Positions 59,716 to 64,000 of a stretch of 64,000 nucleotides of DNA are shown here, in pieces; the first letter of the stretch is position 1, and the number at the start of each line of letters is the position of its first letter. The DNA comes from Azolla caroliniana. Its lineage: Eukaryota; Plantae; Polypodiophyta. The notes below the pieces were generated by a model. The model was not told where the DNA came from, made no database searches, and saw nothing but the letters and a program-made list of their open reading frames with translations. The position numbers were made by a program, and so were the translations under genes. Location: the NCBI GenBank assembly GCA_043228905.1, contig JBHGNT010000012.1:3038001-3102000 (forward strand), read 5' to 3'.

Positions 59716-61579
59716 TGTCACGGACATGACAACAATCATGGCAAGATTCGAACTCTTGACCGCTTGTATAATAGTCAAGTGTTATGTTCTAACCAACACA
59801 TCCAAATACATAGCCATGTTATAAAAATCATAGTAGATTATTAGTAGATCATCTATTCCAAGTTCTAGGAGTTTTTAGAAAGTTCTAGAACTACAAGGTT
59901 CTAGAGGGTTCTAGAATCTTCTCCAGAATCTTCTCTAGAATATTCTAATGCGCGTAGTTCATCTCACAATATAAATACTTGTAACCTCCTTGGTCCTTTT
60001 CAAGGAAATCAACACAAGTCATTGACACATCAATCTAGTATTCTCATTTCGCCCCATCTTGTCTCCTTGATCTTTATCTCTGTCTTCATGCTCATGTCGT
60101 TCCTAGCTTCTTAAGTTCCACACGCTTAGCCCCATCATTCGTGCTCCCTCGTAGTCCATGGTTGGTGTATCCATGACAATTTGAATCCCTTCCAACTAGA
60201 AACATCACCCGTTTTCGGCATCGCCCTTACTTCCGGAGTTACTATCATCAACATCCTTGTCTTTGACATCATCATTTTCAACACCTCTTCGCCCAAGCTT
60301 CATCCTCATCGGCACTACTTTGCATGGTCTTTCATCATCATCATTGTTCCACCCTCTTCATTGTCATTATTATCATCTATAGGCATCATTTTGCATCACG
60401 ATTTTGGTGAGGATTGCTTTCGATCACTCACCTTCCCAGTTCCGGTAGGGGTCAGAACCGCTCACTTTCTTGGTGGGGATCGGATCATTGCTCGCTTGCA
60501 CTCCATTTTCATTTTAGTTCGAGTCTCACTCCACTTTCCTTTAGTGAGGACCGATTTCGATCGCTCATCTTCCCAGTTCTGGTGAGGGTCACAAAAGCTC
60601 ACTTTCCTGGTGGGGATCACGTCGGTTTCTTGCTAGCGCCCTCTCATGATAGAAGAAGATTTTGGTGAGGATTGATTTTGATCGCTCACCTTCCCAGTTC
60701 CAGTGGGGGTCACAACCGCTCACTTTCCTGGTGGGGATCACTTTCGGTTTCTCGCTATTGCCCTCCCATGATGGAAGAGGTCGACTCGACTTCTTCATCT
60801 GCACTCCTTCACCTGGTGGTGTTCTTGTTCCCAATGACGGCCACATGGTTGTCCTCGCCCGTTGATGTTCGTGTTCCCGATGAGGACCAACACGTGGTTG
60901 CTCACATTATTCATGTTCTAGTTCCTGGTGAGGACCACATGGTTGCCGATGAGGACTGCACATGGTCACTCATGCCCGTTGATGTTCTAGTCTCCAGTGA
61001 GGACCTCACATAGTCGCTCACATTCGTTCGTGTTACTATTTCTGCTCGCTCAGTCATCAATCCACTTTGGTTTCGTACTCAGCTCACCCTTGCACCATGA
61101 CGCTTTCGAAAAGGTAGCCACAAAGGGGAGGATAATGTCACGGACATGACAACAATCATGGCAAGATTCGACTGAACGCTTGTATAATAGTCAAGTCTTA
61201 TGTTCTAACCAACACATCCAAATACATAGTCATATTATAAAAATCGTAGTAGATTATTAGTACATTATCTATTCCAAGTTCTAGGAGTTTTTAGAAGGTT
61301 CTAGAGGGTTTTAGAATATTCTCCAGAACCTGCTCTAGAATATTCTAATGCAAGTACTTCATCTCACAATATAAATACTTGTAACCTCCTTAGTCCCTTT
61401 CAAGGGAATCAACATTGGTCATTGACACATCAATCTGGTATTCTCATTTCTCCCATCTTGTCTCATTGATATTTATCTCTGTCTTCATGCGCTTGTGTCT
61501 TTCCCAGCTTCTTAAGTTCCACACTCTTAGCCCCATCATCCATGCTCCCTCATAGTCCACGGTTGGTGTGTTCGTGACA
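59716..61579 (+). mobile_element. Non-autonomous LTR element (TRIM-like); LTRs 59716-60178 and 61136-61579, ~960-bp repeat-rich interior
   Basis: TGTCAC...TGACA direct repeats; TSD GAAAA/GACAA; PPT AAAGGGGAGGATAA before 61136; no gag/pol motifs. Confidence 0.92.
59738..59815 (-). other. tRNA-like module in the TRIM LTR (second, damaged copy at ~61158-61231)
   Basis: Minus strand TGGATGTGTTGGTTAGAAC ... GGTCAAGAGTTCGAATCTTGCC (A-box and B-box-like). Confidence 0.6.
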
Positions 61580-63824
61580 GACAATCCAACATAAACATTA
61601 GTTCTAAAGTACTTTGACCTAGCTACATAAAACGATTTCTCTACTCCTCAATTGTTTCGCATTGGTAATGGTTTATGTATCTAATGAAGTTTGTTATGTG
61701 TCATAATAATAATATAATGTTATAAAATAAGTTTTTTCCAATCTGTATGGCACCATGATAAGCATTATATTGTGTATGAGATGATATAAAGAAAAGAATT
61801 ACCAAGTAGAAGGTACCTTTCTTCCTTGTGAGCACTTGTAATAATGCCAAATAAGATTAATGATAAATTGGTTGCATTATTGAAAACTAGTTCTCCTTTT
61901 GTTTGAGTTGACTAAATAACAAGAATAAGTTGTTGGGAGTCTTTTGGAGTAATTTCACATGATGACTTATCACTCTTAATTTATTGTTGTAGATTCTAAT
62001 GAGCAATCTATTTACACATTAGTGAACCTAAATAAACACCGCCTAATATGTTGTCCTCATACACTAAGACATAAGGTCACTAGCCTTGCATTAGTGTTTT
62101 CATGTATTTTAAGCTTAACATGGGCACCATGACAATCCAATCCATGGCTACCATAGGTAATCCCTCGAATCTACTTAGTGCACTACTCTAGGAGGGAGAA
62201 TGGTTTTATGGAGTACATAGTAGTAATCAATGCAAAAACCAATTTGTATAAACATTGTAAGCTCAAGATTCATGACAATGGCAAAAGCCAAGCTACCATG
62301 TTGTAAGCACCTCATTGACACACAACAAACCTCTCCTATTATGTTACCCTCATTCATTATTAGTCATTCAACATCTATGCTCTTATAAATTGGTATTCTA
62401 ATCATTTCTAAGAACTCTGTGCATATCCTAGTAAAGCATCCATTCATTCATAATGCAATCAATCTCTCTAGCTCATGATCTATAGTCTACTTGGTTTTTT
62501 ATTCTAATTTTGCTTGATTGCTATATTTTCGATATAGCAATAGCAACAGTTATGTTGATTCTTTGACAGAAAAGTGCAAAATATATTGGATGCATTACTC
62601 AGTTCATACAATGGGAAGGTGTATAGCATGAGTGAAATTCTCCTGAAGCAAACATGTAAGTTATGTATTATTGCACATGTTTCATAACTGGCTATAGGAG
62701 CGATAACACATATATGTACATTGGTATGTAGATCCCAATGTATGCATGAATAAAATGATTTCTATATATTTACTTAAACTTACTCTCTTAACAAAAGTAT
62801 AGCACATAATTAGTAAAGTAATTTCATTTAATCAAAAAGAAAATGAAACAAAAACTGGCATCAAAAGCTCCTCTCCAAGCTATATGTTTCAGATTCATTC
62901 AAATTTTAGATCACACGGAAGTTTGTTCATCCTAATGTTCTCATTCTGATTGGTTTAGGTTTGCATTTTAGTTTCAGTAAATTGAGTTTTAAGCAATAAA
63001 TAATAAAATATAAAATGGTGGAGCATGTGAAAGAGAATATCTCCAAAATGTCGTTGCATTAAAGTCAAATTTCAATATTACATTCTTCATGGTGCTGACT
63101 TTCTCCAAAGTCAAAGGCAATGGTTCAATCACATATTCAAAAAAAAAACCTTACATCAATTAATACAACATGCATGAATGCACAAAATAGGAAAGGCTGA
63201 GTTTTCTTTCCTTTTACAACCCAAAAAAAAAAGAAAAGACAATATACTGCTTCGAATTTTGATGTGTAAAAATATAAGATCAACTGACCGACCAATCGAC
63301 CGGCAAATATCTGTATTTATAATTCATGCTTTTCCAATCCATAATCTTGCAAAGAAATTTGGCATTGAAAAAGAAGCTTCGTAGACCATGTATTTGAACC
63401 ATTTTGTGTTTTCCTGAAGCTGTACAGTTGATGATGTCTATCCTCAAGTGTACATAAATGATGATGACGAGAAGGCTCCTGAGACGGGAAACTTTTCTCT
63501 TTCTTACAAACCATGTCACAAAACATTCATTGGTATGTTTATGTGTTTTCTTTACTCCATTTTGTGGCTTTATTACCAGCAAAGTAAAAATATCAAATGG
63601 TTTTGATATCGAACACTACGGGTTTTTCTCAATCCAAATTCAACCTGATGGAACACTAGGGGTGTGTTGAGTTGTATATTTTATTCACACAGAGTTATAC
63701 AGTTAGTGGTTCGGAAATGAATATTATCTTCACACGGTTGCAGCCCCGCGACGCTCTGCTCATCATCACACAACACTCAATCAGCCAAAAACCAAAACAA
63801 ACACTTTCTGGCTATGGCAACCGA

Positions 63825-63903
63825 GGGCAAGATCAGGAATTGAACCCCAGATGACCCATAACGGTATATAAGGGGATGGCCCTAACCGGTATGCCAATCT
63901 CTC
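63825..63903 (-). other. tRNA-derived sequence (SINE head or LTR-borne module)
   Basis: Minus strand TGGCATACCGGTTAGGGC ... GGGGTTCAATTCCTGATCTTGCCC. Confidence 0.5.
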
Positions 63904-64000
63904 AGTTGCCATTAAACTAAAGAAATCCATCCCAAATTTCCCAACAAGAAGATTACTCCTCTCTAGTACATGATTAGATGCTACATTGGGATATTCTGGT

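Noticed and set aside
59738-59815. Functional tRNA genes at the three tRNA-like sites
   Set aside because: Acceptor and anticodon stems are imperfect, and at least two lie inside mobile elements; treated as tRNA-derived only.

Overview
Eukaryotic plant-type genomic DNA; the element content suggests a fern or other non-seed plant, but that is inference only. Bases ~1-49,400 are a nested retrotransposon pile that can be reconstructed from target-site duplications (TSDs). An old L1-like LINE (962-37587, flanked by an ~80-bp direct repeat) holds a 118-bp palindromic element and two Ty1/Copia nests. Nest 1 is A>B>C. Nest 2 is Copia D, which contains Copia E and three related LTR-type insertions that all sit on NCGN targets (4-bp TSD confirmed for two). 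A second decayed LINE holds a young, intact and apparently recombinant Copia (F, 42266-47621). One host gene is supported: a 5-exon, minus-strand O-fucosyltransferase-family gene (51121-54670). Near the right end is a non-autonomous LTR element (59716-61579) whose LTRs carry an antisense tRNA-like A/B-box module; similar modules occur in a solo LTR (35648-35712) and at 63825-63903. All calls come from reading the sequence by eye; no database searches were run.
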